Shown one piece after another: positions 29,472-39,006 of a DNA stretch of 64,000 nucleotides. Origin of the DNA: Cyanophyceae cyanobacterium (lineage in GTDB: Bacteria; Cyanobacteriota; Cyanobacteriia; Cyanobacteriales; JBHJGN01); contig JBHJGN010000031.1 of assembly GCA_050331735.1 (NCBI GenBank), positions 111,747 to 175,746 of the forward strand, given 5' to 3'. The number at the start of each line of letters is the position of its first letter. Position 1 is the stretch's first letter. A program made the position numbers and the translations under genes. A model generated the notes under the pieces. That model did not search any database, was not told the origin of the DNA, and saw only the letters and a list, made by a program, of their open reading frames with translations.

Positions 29472-30965
29472 TTAGCCGCGATTAATCTCCTGCCGTCCCG
29501 TGGTGGCAAGAGGCAAGGTAAACCAAAAAATCGTTAACGAATTGGGTTCGCTCACGACTCCAATTTGCCCCCCGTGGGCCGTAACAATCTGTTGGCACAG
29601 ATAAAGCCCTAACCCCAATCCGGGCATATAGCGAGCACGGTTGCCGCGAGTATACAGCTCAAAAAGACGGTGGCACTGCTCGCGGGGAATCCCGATCCCG
29701 TTATCCTGGACGGAACAAAGTAGCATGGGCATCTTTGCTTGGTTCGACGGTGGTAGAGATACTCCGTTAGCGTGCCTCACAAAATTGAAACCATTCTTAA
29801 CCACTTCGGCCTTCAAAATCAGCTTAATCCCTGGTGGATTGTGCTTGAGGGTATTATCCACTAGGTTACTAAACACTCGCCACAGATGAGTAGGATCGGC
29901 ATTGACGAGAGGAAGCGCTGCATTGATAGTATTGTGTAGCTCCACCTGATTTTGTCTCAGTCTGGGTTCAACATCCGCGAGCACTGTGTCAACGACTTTA
30001 CTAAGCTGTAGAGGCTGGCAGTGCAGCGTGATGCCTTTGCCATCGGCATGATAGGCTTCGACGAGAGCGTTAATCAGTGCAAGCTGGCGATCGCTTCCTT
30101 GAGCCAGGCGTTCTAAGACCGAAATGCCGACCTTGACGTATTCATCATCGGCTTGATTAAGTAATCGTCGTGTCACCATTGCCGTTCCCATCACCGGACT
30201 CCGCAGATCGTGAGAAATAGCGTGGAGAAAGATTTTTAGCTCTCGCCGGGATTCAAACTCAGAGCGCCGCAGCCGTTCATAAACATAAACGCCGACGTTA
30301 CAGATGAGACACACCCAGGCAATTTTAATAAACGTGCCTAAGCTATAGATACTGTCGAAAATAGAGAGATTTCCCACTTCAGTAATACCAAGCAGAGGCA
30401 GGACCACCGTGTAGTAGGTAATTGGGAGGAGCTGAGAGAGCAAATGTAGCGGCCAGCGTAGCGGTAAAAGGACGGCAAAGGCTAAAAAAACAGTTGTGCT
30501 GGGTTGAGCAGGAATATCATAAAAGGTGGCAATGAGTTGAGTAACAAAGCCGTTAACGGAGCCTGCAAAAATTAGAAATATCGTGGCTGGATAGCATTTT
30601 CCCCACCTGCTTCGATGCATCAGTAGGCAGCCGATAATCAGCCCGACGATTAGAAAAAAACCGATAATGGTAATGTCACGTAAATGGTCGGCTAGCCAAG
30701 GTTCTCCGTAGAATTTATCAAAATCTGACCGTAACTGCTCGATTTCAATGACATAAATGTAAAGTCCGTGACTGGATGAGATTAGAAAGCAAATTAGCCC
30801 AATCCAAAGCCCGAATCCGAGCCGCTTGTACAAAAACTGATGTCGCCAGTTGCGGTAATCAGCGGATTCTGTCGGAAGCAGAGTGCCTTTTATCTGAAAC
30901 CAGCATTGCTGCCACTGTAGTTTAACGCCACCGAGAGACAGACTCGCCTTGCTACGACTATTCAT
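29472..30965 (-). CDS. Membrane sensor histidine kinase (paralog A)
   Basis: Multi-TM N-terminus; HAISHDLRSP H-box; NLVDNTLKH; DNGIGI; GLGLGL. Confidence 0.92.
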   Translation of the reverse strand: MNSRSKASLSLGGVKLQWQQCWFQIKGTLLPTESADYRNWRHQFLYKRLGFGLWIGLICFLISSSHGLYIYVIEIEQLRSDFDKFYGEPWLADHLRDITIIGFFLIVGLIIGCLLMHRSRWGKCYPATIFLIFAGSVNGFVTQLIATFYDIPAQPSTTVFLAFAVLLPLRWPLHLLSQLLPITYYTVVLPLLGITEVGNLSIFDSIYSLGTFIKIAWVCLICNVGVYVYERLRRSEFESRRELKIFLHAISHDLRSPVMGTAMVTRRLLNQADDEYVKVGISVLERLAQGSDRQLALINALVEAYHADGKGITLHCQPLQLSKVVDTVLADVEPRLRQNQVELHNTINAALPLVNADPTHLWRVFSNLVDNTLKHNPPGIKLILKAEVVKNGFNFVRHANGVSLPPSNQAKMPMLLCSVQDNGIGIPREQCHRLFELYTRGNRARYMPGLGLGLYLCQQIVTAHGGQIGVVSEPNSLTIFWFTLPLATTGRQEINRG

Positions 30966-31146
30966 AGAAACAGCTTCAGTTGTTGAAACGAGAGTACGGG
31001 TAATCGCAACTTACATGGGTCGGGGCGATCGCACATCATGCAGAGCGCGGGGCTGCCGCGCCTAGCTCAAAATTTCTTTGATTGCAGGTTTGAGGTCTGT
31101 TTGCTGGTTCTTACACCTATCTACAACTGTAGTGCTTAATTGCTGT

Positions 31147-31788
31147 CTAAGTTCCGATTGGCAAATAACTTTGCAAATATCTCAACGTCAATCGTTTAGT
31201 TTCTACTACGAGACGTTGCCGAAAGTTTTTCTCTTGACTAAGAGACAGCCATAGTAAGGTTCCGATCGCTTTCACCAGCACAAAGGCGATCGCCTCATAA
31301 TCGGCGGATTCTAAATCTGGATAGCGTTGGGACAAAGACGCTACCAAATCTTGAATAAGTTGAGCATCAGCGGCATTTTCGATTTCTTCTAGTTCTGGCA
31401 TTGTCCCTTGCACCTGCATGAAAATGGCGTGATAGCCGGGGTATTCAGTAAAAAATTGAGCGGTTGTATCGATAAGCCGATCTATGTAGACAGGCAGAGA
31501 CAGCATGTTGATCTCGTCAGTATTCAACTGAGCAAAACGTTGGTGGAGTAGATCCGTATAGCGCATTGTTAAGGCTTGCAGAATTGCCGCCTTATCGGGA
31601 AAAAACTGATAGAGCGACCCAATTGGGACTTTGGCACGAGCGGCGATCGCATTCGTCGTGGTGGCATGGTATCCATCCGTAATAAAGAGCTGTTCAGCCA
31701 CATCCAAAATCCGGTTGACTCGCTTCTGGCTCCGGGCTTGTTGCGGTTGACGACGCATGCCCTGCGGTTTTGATAAATTTGAAGCCAT
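31147..31788 (-). CDS. TetR/AcrR family transcriptional regulator
   Basis: RRQPQQARS..TTNAIAARAKVPIGSLYQFFPDK. Confidence 0.93.
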   Translation of the reverse strand: MASNLSKPQGMRRQPQQARSQKRVNRILDVAEQLFITDGYHATTTNAIAARAKVPIGSLYQFFPDKAAILQALTMRYTDLLHQRFAQLNTDEINMLSLPVYIDRLIDTTAQFFTEYPGYHAIFMQVQGTMPELEEIENAADAQLIQDLVASLSQRYPDLESADYEAIAFVLVKAIGTLLWLSLSQEKNFRQRLVVETKRLTLRYLQSYLPIGT

Positions 31789-31817
31789 TCGATTTCTCTC
31801 TGTCTCCTGAAATTACT

Positions 31818-31891
31818 TGAGCAAAACTCACATTTTTCTTGACAAAAAACGAGTAAGCCTCATATTATTTATAAGTGAGCTTTACTCATAT
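31818..31891. promoter_or_regulatory. Three (T/C)GAG-N5-CTCA operators overlapping the P450 promoter
   Basis: TGAGcaaaaCTCA (31818), CGAGtaagcCTCA (31850), TGAGctttaCTCA (31876); TTGACA at 31839 and TATTAT at 31863. Confidence 0.7.
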
Positions 31892-31922
31892 TTTAAGTTA
31901 AGTTGATCAGGGAGACCCTTCT

Positions 31923-33314
31923 ATGAGTCAAAATTTGCTTGCATTACCCAGTCCGAAAGCTAGCTCTGCCCTAGCAGAATATAGTCAAGACCCGTTAGGC
32001 TTCATGACCCGCTGTGCCCGCGAGTTTGGAGAGATAATTCCGTTACGGTTTGAAGGCAAGCTATACTGCTTACTCTCCAATCCAGAGCATATCACCGAAG
32101 TTTTGAAAGATCGGTTGTTCGTCAAAGCGGAGGATTTACGGATTTTGCGGGGCTTGCTAGGCAACGGCTTACTTACCAGCGAGGGGGATTTTTGGCAACG
32201 GCAGCGACGGCTGATCCAACCGGTGTTTCATCAGCATCGCATCAATAGTTATGCCGCCGTTATGGTAAGCTACACCGAACGACTGTTGCAGTCGTGGCGC
32301 GAAGGGGAAGTGCGCGACGTGCATGATGAGATGATGCGCCTCACGCTCAATATTGTGATGAAGACTATCTTTGACCAGGACGTGACAGATGATGAAGCTA
32401 GCCGCGTCGCTCGTGCCTTAGATGAGGCAATGACCTGGTTTGATCGGCAAACGGCGGTTGAACCGACCGCAAGCGAGTTGTGCGCTCGCCGCATCAACTT
32501 TGTGGTTCAACTGCTCCAGCATATCGGATTGAAGCACAGCAGTACTGCCAGTGACAGCGATCGCCGCTACCAAAAAGCGATCGCCCTGCTGGACGAAACG
32601 ATTTATGCTATGATTCAACATCGTCGTTCGAGCGGGATTGAAAGCGAGGATCTGTTGGGCATGTTAATGCAGGTGCAGGATGCTGACGACGGTAGCCGCA
32701 TGAGTGACAAGCAACTGCGCGATGAAGTGGCAACGCTAATGCTAGCAGGACACGAAACCACCGCCAACACGCTGTCTTGGACGTGGATGCTCCTCGCAAA
32801 GCACCCCCGCGTTCAGACAAAACTCACCGCCGAGTTTGAGACCGTTTTGCAGGGACGCCCCCCCACAATCGCCGACCTGCCGCAGTTGCCATACGCGCAC
32901 ATGGTCATCAAAGAGGCGATGCGACTTTACCCACCTATTACCGATGTGAGCCGAGAAGCCGCGAGGGATTGCGAAATTGGCGGCTATTTTATCCCCAAGG
33001 GAACCACGCTGATTGCTAGCCAATGGGTAATGCACCGCGATCCGCGCTACTTCACTGAGCCAGAGATGTTTAACCCGGAACGCTGGGCAGACGATCTGGA
33101 AAAGCGCTTACCAAGAGGTGTTTACTTTCCCTTCGGCGATGGTCCGCGCGTCTGCATCGGCAAAAATTTTGCCCTGATGGAAGCGGTGTTGATCTTGGCA
33201 ACAATCGCTCAACGGTTTCAACTAGAACTGGTAGAGAGTCGAGCGATTGAGCTTCAGCCTTCGATTACCTTACGTCCTCAACACGGTATCAAAGTGGTGC
33301 TGAAAAAAGCCTAG
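31923..33314 (+). CDS. Cytochrome P450
   Basis: AGHETTA I-helix, EAMR (ExxR), PERW, FGDGPRVCIG heme motif. Confidence 0.96.
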   Translation: MSQNLLALPSPKASSALAEYSQDPLGFMTRCAREFGEIIPLRFEGKLYCLLSNPEHITEVLKDRLFVKAEDLRILRGLLGNGLLTSEGDFWQRQRRLIQPVFHQHRINSYAAVMVSYTERLLQSWREGEVRDVHDEMMRLTLNIVMKTIFDQDVTDDEASRVARALDEAMTWFDRQTAVEPTASELCARRINFVVQLLQHIGLKHSSTASDSDRRYQKAIALLDETIYAMIQHRRSSGIESEDLLGMLMQVQDADDGSRMSDKQLRDEVATLMLAGHETTANTLSWTWMLLAKHPRVQTKLTAEFETVLQGRPPTIADLPQLPYAHMVIKEAMRLYPPITDVSREAARDCEIGGYFIPKGTTLIASQWVMHRDPRYFTEPEMFNPERWADDLEKRLPRGVYFPFGDGPRVCIGKNFALMEAVLILATIAQRFQLELVESRAIELQPSITLRPQHGIKVVLKKA

Positions 33315-33330
33315 ACCCCTCACAACTTTG

Positions 33331-33367
33331 AACGCTCGATAAAACCCCTGTTTTTATATCGAGCGTT
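33331..33367. terminator. Hairpin downstream of the P450 gene
   Basis: AACGCTCGATA...TATCGAGCGTT 11-bp inverted repeat. Confidence 0.55.
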
Positions 33368-33803
33368 TGAAATCCCTGTACAATAATTTATCCCTCGTGG
33401 AGTCAACGATGAGATGTTCGCGTTTCCTTTACTTCGGCTACATTGGGTTTCGCTTTCTGCGTTATCGATTTTCTCCCTGGATCGCACTGGTGAAGGCGCT
33501 ACTTGATTTGCTTTTTGCAGCGGGCGTTAACCGCGCCACTGCGAAAATCCGCTACCTGAGAGCGATCGGCAAAATTAATTTTGCTGGTGTCTACGAAGTT
33601 ATCAATGATTTGTTGTGGTGAGGTCAATCACAATGTGCTCCGCTTTACAGCCACTCAACTTTCGCTGGCTTTGGTTGGGACAAACTTTCCTTCTCTGTGC
33701 CTCTCAGTTCTGGTTTGTGGCCTTGACCTGGCTAGTGTTGCCAAAAACGGGCTCAGGATTCGCCGTTGGCATAGTGTTGACGGCAGCCGCCTGAAATCGT
33801 ATC

Positions 33804-33936
33804 TAATACCAATTAGAAAAATTAATAGGAGACTTGATGAGTTGGGGGAAAGGGAAGCACAGCAGCTCTTTGCCCTTGAACCTCCAATTGTTGGTTAGTT
33901 TGGGAACTATCTGACTACTTTCGGTAAATGGTATAA
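33804..33936. repeat. Dispersed MITE-like repeat, copy 3
   Basis: TAATACCAATT...AATGGTATAA termini; internal similarity to copies 1 and 2. Confidence 0.78.
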
Positions 33937-34045
33937 TAATTGCCTCTGATGAGTTTTGGGTTGGGTAAGAGGGAACGGACGATAGCAACTGGAACAAGAT
34001 TCTTTATCGGCATCACTCGTAGAAGAGGTTCCCGGTCCTTCACGC

Positions 34046-34678
34046 TCACAAATGCTCTTTAGCCCAAAGGACGGCAGAGATGCGATCGCGCAGTCCAAGC
34101 TGGCTGAGAATGCGAGTCACGTAGTTTTTCACTGTCCCTTCTGTGATGTAAAGTGCCCGAGCAATCTCTTGATTGTTTTTGCCTTGAGCAATAAGTTGAA
34201 GCACTTCCAGTTCTCGTCTGCTCAGGTGGCTTTGAGGCTGTACGGTTGATGCCGAGGGTTTCGGAGAGAGATAGGCAAATACTTTTGGGGCAATCGTGGG
34301 TCCGAGTTGACTGTAGCCTGAGTGTGCCGAACGAATGGCCGTGACAATCTGTTCAGCCGGAGTGCGCTTGAGCAAATACCCAATCGCCCCAGCCTGCAAA
34401 GACTGTCCAATATATTCGTCATCGTCGAACACCGTGAGGACAACAATGCGAATCCAAGGATAGCGCTGGTGAATGTTGCGGGTGGCTTCGACCCCATCGC
34501 ATACAGGCATTCGCACATCCATCAAAATCACGTCGGGCTGTAATTTAGCGGTTAGGGCGATCGCCGCTTCCCCATTATTAGCTTGTCCAACGACTTCAAT
34601 CCCTTCTCTAATCGAGAGTAGTTCCCCCAACCCTTCTCGGAAAACTTCTTGGTCGTCAACAAGCAATAGTCGAATCAT
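34046..34678 (-). CDS. NarL/LuxR family response regulator
   Basis: LLVDDQ, MDVRMP, GYLLK, LSRRELEVL..EGTVKNY. Confidence 0.94.
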   Translation of the reverse strand: MIRLLLVDDQEVFREGLGELLSIREGIEVVGQANNGEAAIALTAKLQPDVILMDVRMPVCDGVEATRNIHQRYPWIRIVVLTVFDDDEYIGQSLQAGAIGYLLKRTPAEQIVTAIRSAHSGYSQLGPTIAPKVFAYLSPKPSASTVQPQSHLSRRELEVLQLIAQGKNNQEIARALYITEGTVKNYVTRILSQLGLRDRISAVLWAKEHL

Positions 34679-34744
34679 AAGCCCGAAAAATGATTACTAT
34701 GATAAGATTCTGTCTACTCAGCTTATTCCTAATTTTCTCCTCAA

Positions 34745-35941
34745 TCAATTTTCCCTTTTTAGGGGAAGAACCACCTGTATTTGAGTGCCTGCCCCTGGGG
34801 CGCTGCAAATCCTTAAGTCGCCGTTCAAGAGCTGTACCCGTTCTTTCATGCTCTGTAGCCCAAAGCCAGAATAGGACTGGGCTGGATCGAACCCTTGACC
34901 ATTATCTTCTAATCTCGCAGTCACGCCATCAGACGTTGCTTGACAACCCAGATAGAGTTGAGAAGCATTGCTGTGCTTTTGAAGATTGGTTAGTCCTTCT
35001 TTGATAATGCAGTACAGATGATGGCTGACCTGAAAGGGCAACGGTGGCAAGTTGATTTCTGCATACACTTTCAGCCCTTGATTATGCTTGAGTTGTTCGA
35101 GTAAGCTCTGTAAGGCTTGAGTGAGATTAAAATCATTTTGGTGCATCGCTTGTAGTGTCAGACTCATATCCTCAACGCACTGATCGGCCAAGAACTTAGC
35201 TAAATCAATCGCTCTAAAAGCGCGGTCGGGTTTGTGTTGGCGAAATTCCTGAGCGAGTGCCAGTTGAACTTGGAGGTTTGTTAGCGTGTGTCCAAAAGAA
35301 TCGTGGATGTCGCGGGCAATGCGAACCCGCTCCAATTGAGCCGCTAGTCCCTCAACTTGTTGTGTTAATTCTTCAGCTCTTTGGCGGCTTTTTTGTTCTG
35401 CCAGCAGGGTAGAGCTAAATAGAATGACGAAACTGCTCGACATCACATAGTGAGCTGTGCTGTTCGCAATCAGATGCCGGATAACGGTCGGCTCTCGAGG
35501 ATTGTAGTTAGTTGGATTTTGAGGAAATGCCTCGACAGCTCTAGGGAAAGACCAAACAAAAATTCCCACATACAAAATTCCCACTACAGCAGAGAGCATC
35601 ACTGTCCGTTTGCGCCTGAGCATAAAACAGCTTTTAGCGATATATAGATAGATAAATAATTCCAGATGAATACCACTTAGATACCCAAGGGTTAAGACCA
35701 GCAAAATTTCTAGAGAAATATAGGCGTACTTGCTCCACAGCGAGCGATGAAGGGGAAATATCATACTCCAGGCCGCAATCGTGACAAAGAAAGCACTCAA
35801 TTGCCAAAACCGTTCTGCTGTCAGGTTTAAGGTGTCATTTGCCGCTAGGGAGAAATAGTAGACAACGTGTACAGCGATCAATGTCCATTCCACATAACGG
35901 AACATCTTTTGAACGGATACGGAAGGGCTGATGGCTGTCAT
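34745..35941 (-). CDS. Membrane sensor histidine kinase, HisKA_3 (DesK/NarX-type)
   Basis: ERVRIARDIHDSFGH, EGLTN..KH, DNGQGF, GFGLQSMKER; start uncertain (35941, 35965 or 36013). Confidence 0.9.
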   Translation of the reverse strand: MTAISPSVSVQKMFRYVEWTLIAVHVVYYFSLAANDTLNLTAERFWQLSAFFVTIAAWSMIFPLHRSLWSKYAYISLEILLVLTLGYLSGIHLELFIYLYIAKSCFMLRRKRTVMLSAVVGILYVGIFVWSFPRAVEAFPQNPTNYNPREPTVIRHLIANSTAHYVMSSSFVILFSSTLLAEQKSRQRAEELTQQVEGLAAQLERVRIARDIHDSFGHTLTNLQVQLALAQEFRQHKPDRAFRAIDLAKFLADQCVEDMSLTLQAMHQNDFNLTQALQSLLEQLKHNQGLKVYAEINLPPLPFQVSHHLYCIIKEGLTNLQKHSNASQLYLGCQATSDGVTARLEDNGQGFDPAQSYSGFGLQSMKERVQLLNGDLRICSAPGAGTQIQVVLPLKREN

Positions 35942-35997
35942 CTTAACTGTTGCAGTGAGAAACATATCAAGGCTAAAGTGATTTTTTCCAACTGACA

Positions 35998-36015
35998 ATA
36001 TGACCCACGTCATAT
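35998..36015. promoter_or_regulatory. Palindromic candidate regulator site
   Basis: ATATGAC-CCAC-GTCATAT between the kinase and the divergent gene run. Confidence 0.5.
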
Positions 36016-36266
36016 ATTTCCATGAAATTCATATGATTCTGGGTAGTAGCGTCTCGCCTCAATTTCTCCTACCTTGAAATAGACACAAATCGCTCTGAAT
36101 ATTGAGCCTTTTCTCTAGATAAATTTAACGCAAGAGTCCACTAAACAAGACTCGCTATAAATTTATGTTGTTCCAAAGGCCATTCTTAAATCGCTAACAT
36201 GAAAGTTGTCAAAAACCCAATTAGCGATAAAAAATGTGTTGTTAAAATTTACTGGTAAATACTCAA

Positions 36267-36881
36267 ATGGCCAAGCAAAAAATCAGAATCGGTTGTCTTT
36301 GCCTTACTCTAATCAGTAGTACCATTATTGTGACAGATTTTCATTCTCGGATTCTTTTAGCAAATGAATTAACGCCTCTAGAAGGCGCTCGACTAATTCC
36401 AAAAGAAGCTTTGGGATCTTTATACATTTCTACCAGTTCCCAGGATTGGCAAAAAATTCAACAATCAGCCCCCCCTGAAGCGCAAAGTTTATTCAAACAT
36501 GAACTGAATGCTTTTAGTCAAACAGCAGCTTTACAGAAAATTGATTATCAGCAAGATATTCGTCCTTGGCTTGGCAATATCGTGTTGGTCTTTTTGCCAA
36601 AAGATAATTTTCCTGAGCGCAGTCGCGAAAATTATGTAGCAATCATTGGTGTCAAAAATAAACTTGGCTTGTTGAAATTGGCTAGCCATCTTAGAAATCA
36701 GAACGATCTCCAAATTGAGAGCAGCAACTACCAAAATGTTCCTATCGTTAAAGTTACTGATAGTAACCGCAACATTATGTGGTTAGCGGTTTTTAAAGGC
36801 CAGTTGCTTATGTCTTCTAGCTCAAAAGGTTTAGAGTTAGCCATCGATGTTTATCAAGCTGAAGCTTATCTTGGAAAATGA
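36267..36881 (+). CDS. DUF3352-like protein, apparently C-terminally truncated
   Basis: GARLIPKEA..YIST, IDYQQDIRPWLG motifs; only 204 aa. Confidence 0.6.
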   Translation: MAKQKIRIGCLCLTLISSTIIVTDFHSRILLANELTPLEGARLIPKEALGSLYISTSSQDWQKIQQSAPPEAQSLFKHELNAFSQTAALQKIDYQQDIRPWLGNIVLVFLPKDNFPERSRENYVAIIGVKNKLGLLKLASHLRNQNDLQIESSNYQNVPIVKVTDSNRNIMWLAVFKGQLLMSSSSKGLELAIDVYQAEAYLGK

Positions 36882-38419
36882 ATGTCATTTCTATTATTAT
36901 CGATAAAAAATTATTCCCGATTAAATTTTTACTTTTTGCTACGGTTTTCAGTTTTGCTTATACACAGGAACCTATCTATAACCTGCCCGAAAATGCTGAT
37001 GGAAATCAAACCACTAAATTTCTTGACGGCTTGGCTAGAGCAGGGCATGGTTTTCTCGACCGAGACTGGACAGCTAACACGATAGATCCTCTGCCCGCCT
37101 TTACGTCATTAGTTGAACTTACCTATAGATATATTCATCATGAATATGCTTTTTATATTTACTATGGGTTAATTATGGGGCTATATGTTTGTAGTCTATT
37201 TGGAATTGCCAATTATGTGTATCACATCAAGAAAAGTTTGGTAGGAACTTTCCTCTATTTTGCGCTTTTTGTCGGCATTCATACCGTTCATTTGAAATTG
37301 GGACTCTTTGACAGTGCTTGGCATCTTCACAGCGGAGTAGCAGGACAGTATATTTTAGGCCCTGTTCTTCAGCCCTGTACGTTTGGCGTTTTTATCCTGC
37401 TGTCGGTTTGGCTAGCCCTATATAAAAAGTATTATTGGGCAGTTTTAGCTAGTGCGATCGCCGCTACTTTCCACCCTGCCTATATTTTTAGTGCGGCAGT
37501 GTTTGCCTTGTCTTACGTTCTCTTCATTTTTCCAAAACAGCCTAAAAAAGCGATCGCTATTGGTTTTCTGTCGGGGCTGCTGTTACTGCCAATTGTTAGC
37601 TATATGTACTTGAGTTTTCCGGCAACGACTGGGGCCATCAAAAAGCAAGCAATGGAGATTATTGTCAATTTTAGAATCTCTCATCACTCGGTTCCAGAAG
37701 TTTGGTTAGCATTAGGCACATCTCATCTACAATCTGTAGTAGCAATCATCGGTTTATATCTAGTTAGATACACCCCACTATTCAAGATTCTACTGATTCC
37801 TTTTCTAACGGCTTTTTATCTAACCATTCTGCAAGTATCGTTAGATAGCAATTTAATCGGGTTTGTTGCTCCTTGGCGCTTATCTGTCTTTCTAGTCCCC
37901 CTATCAACTGCCGTTATTATTGCTGCGATCGCGTCGTATATTGCTGAGTTAGTAAAGAGAAGATCTGGGATCGAGCGCGGGGTAGTTGGCATTAGCTTGG
38001 TAATTATTTCTGCTCTAACCTTTCAGGGGTTAGACCAGCAAATTGCTCTCTTTCACTATCAAGGAGAAAGTACTCCCATGCTGAATTTTGTTAAAGCAAA
38101 CAAACAAGCGGGAGATACTTATTTAGTTCCTCCTAATTCTCACCCCCTTCAAAAATTTAGATTGTATACGGGAGCGCCAATTTTTGTGAATAAGAAATCT
38201 CATCCATATAAAGATACTGAGGTAATTGAATGGTATCGCAGAGTGATGAGAGCTAACCAAGTGTATGGACAAGAGGGCGATCGCTGTCAATTACTGCAAC
38301 AGCTAGAGACAAATTACGCTCTCACTCATGTGGTTGCTGAAAGGGAAAATCAATTCTCGTGCCGTTTTTTAACAACTTTATATCAAGACCGCAAGTATAC
38401 AGTTTATCAAATTCACTAA
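36878..38419 (+). CDS. Polytopic membrane protein (DUF6798-like, possible GT-C fold)
   Basis: Many TMs; DWTANTIDPLP, GVAGQYILG, FHPAY, APWRLSV, KSHPYKDTEVIEWY. Confidence 0.75.
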   Translation: MNVISIIIDKKLFPIKFLLFATVFSFAYTQEPIYNLPENADGNQTTKFLDGLARAGHGFLDRDWTANTIDPLPAFTSLVELTYRYIHHEYAFYIYYGLIMGLYVCSLFGIANYVYHIKKSLVGTFLYFALFVGIHTVHLKLGLFDSAWHLHSGVAGQYILGPVLQPCTFGVFILLSVWLALYKKYYWAVLASAIAATFHPAYIFSAAVFALSYVLFIFPKQPKKAIAIGFLSGLLLLPIVSYMYLSFPATTGAIKKQAMEIIVNFRISHHSVPEVWLALGTSHLQSVVAIIGLYLVRYTPLFKILLIPFLTAFYLTILQVSLDSNLIGFVAPWRLSVFLVPLSTAVIIAAIASYIAELVKRRSGIERGVVGISLVIISALTFQGLDQQIALFHYQGESTPMLNFVKANKQAGDTYLVPPNSHPLQKFRLYTGAPIFVNKKSHPYKDTEVIEWYRRVMRANQVYGQEGDRCQLLQQLETNYALTHVVAERENQFSCRFLTTLYQDRKYTVYQIH

Positions 38420-39006
38420 AGGGGATAATGCTGACGTACTTTAGACATCATTGCTATTGGCTCCATTGCCGATGGCAGTTCCTCTTGCTTTGGTCCGGTC
38501 TATCACGCGGGAAAGATTGCCTTACACTACTACTGGTCGGGAGTTGGACCAATCGTTTACCATGCCAGCGACGGTCTTGTTCGTCTGCGATTGTACCGTC
38601 CTGGTGCAATTCAAGGTTCCTTAGCCTGGGCACCAGTTAATCGCCTTAAGACAAGAGCCTATAAAATCCGCGCTAACCGGGTTAATGCTGCTCCGACTGC
38701 GGATGTGGTGGCAACTAGAATAGCCAATTGGATTGAAAACAGTAACCAATGGGTAGGAACCGACGACGAGCCTTAGAGCTTCAAAACATTCAAATATCTC
38801 TTCGCTTTGTTTCCCAACTTTTTTTATCGTCTTCAGCTTTACGGCTGGCCCAGAGGCAGCAAGTTCTCAAATTCTTCTGATTAATATCCACTACCCTTTT
38901 GTCTCAAGGATACCAAAGACATTGACTCGATATTGCTGCACACTTCAACACGGTGTCTTCTTTGACCGCTCCTATTGCGTCCTAACTTGCATTATTAACT
39001 AAGTAA

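Noticed and set aside
33367..33800. Short ORFs downstream of the P450
   Set aside because: All frames are interrupted and unrecognisable
38420..39000. Possible pseudogene between the two membrane genes
   Set aside because: Hydrophobic fragments exist but I could not identify a family
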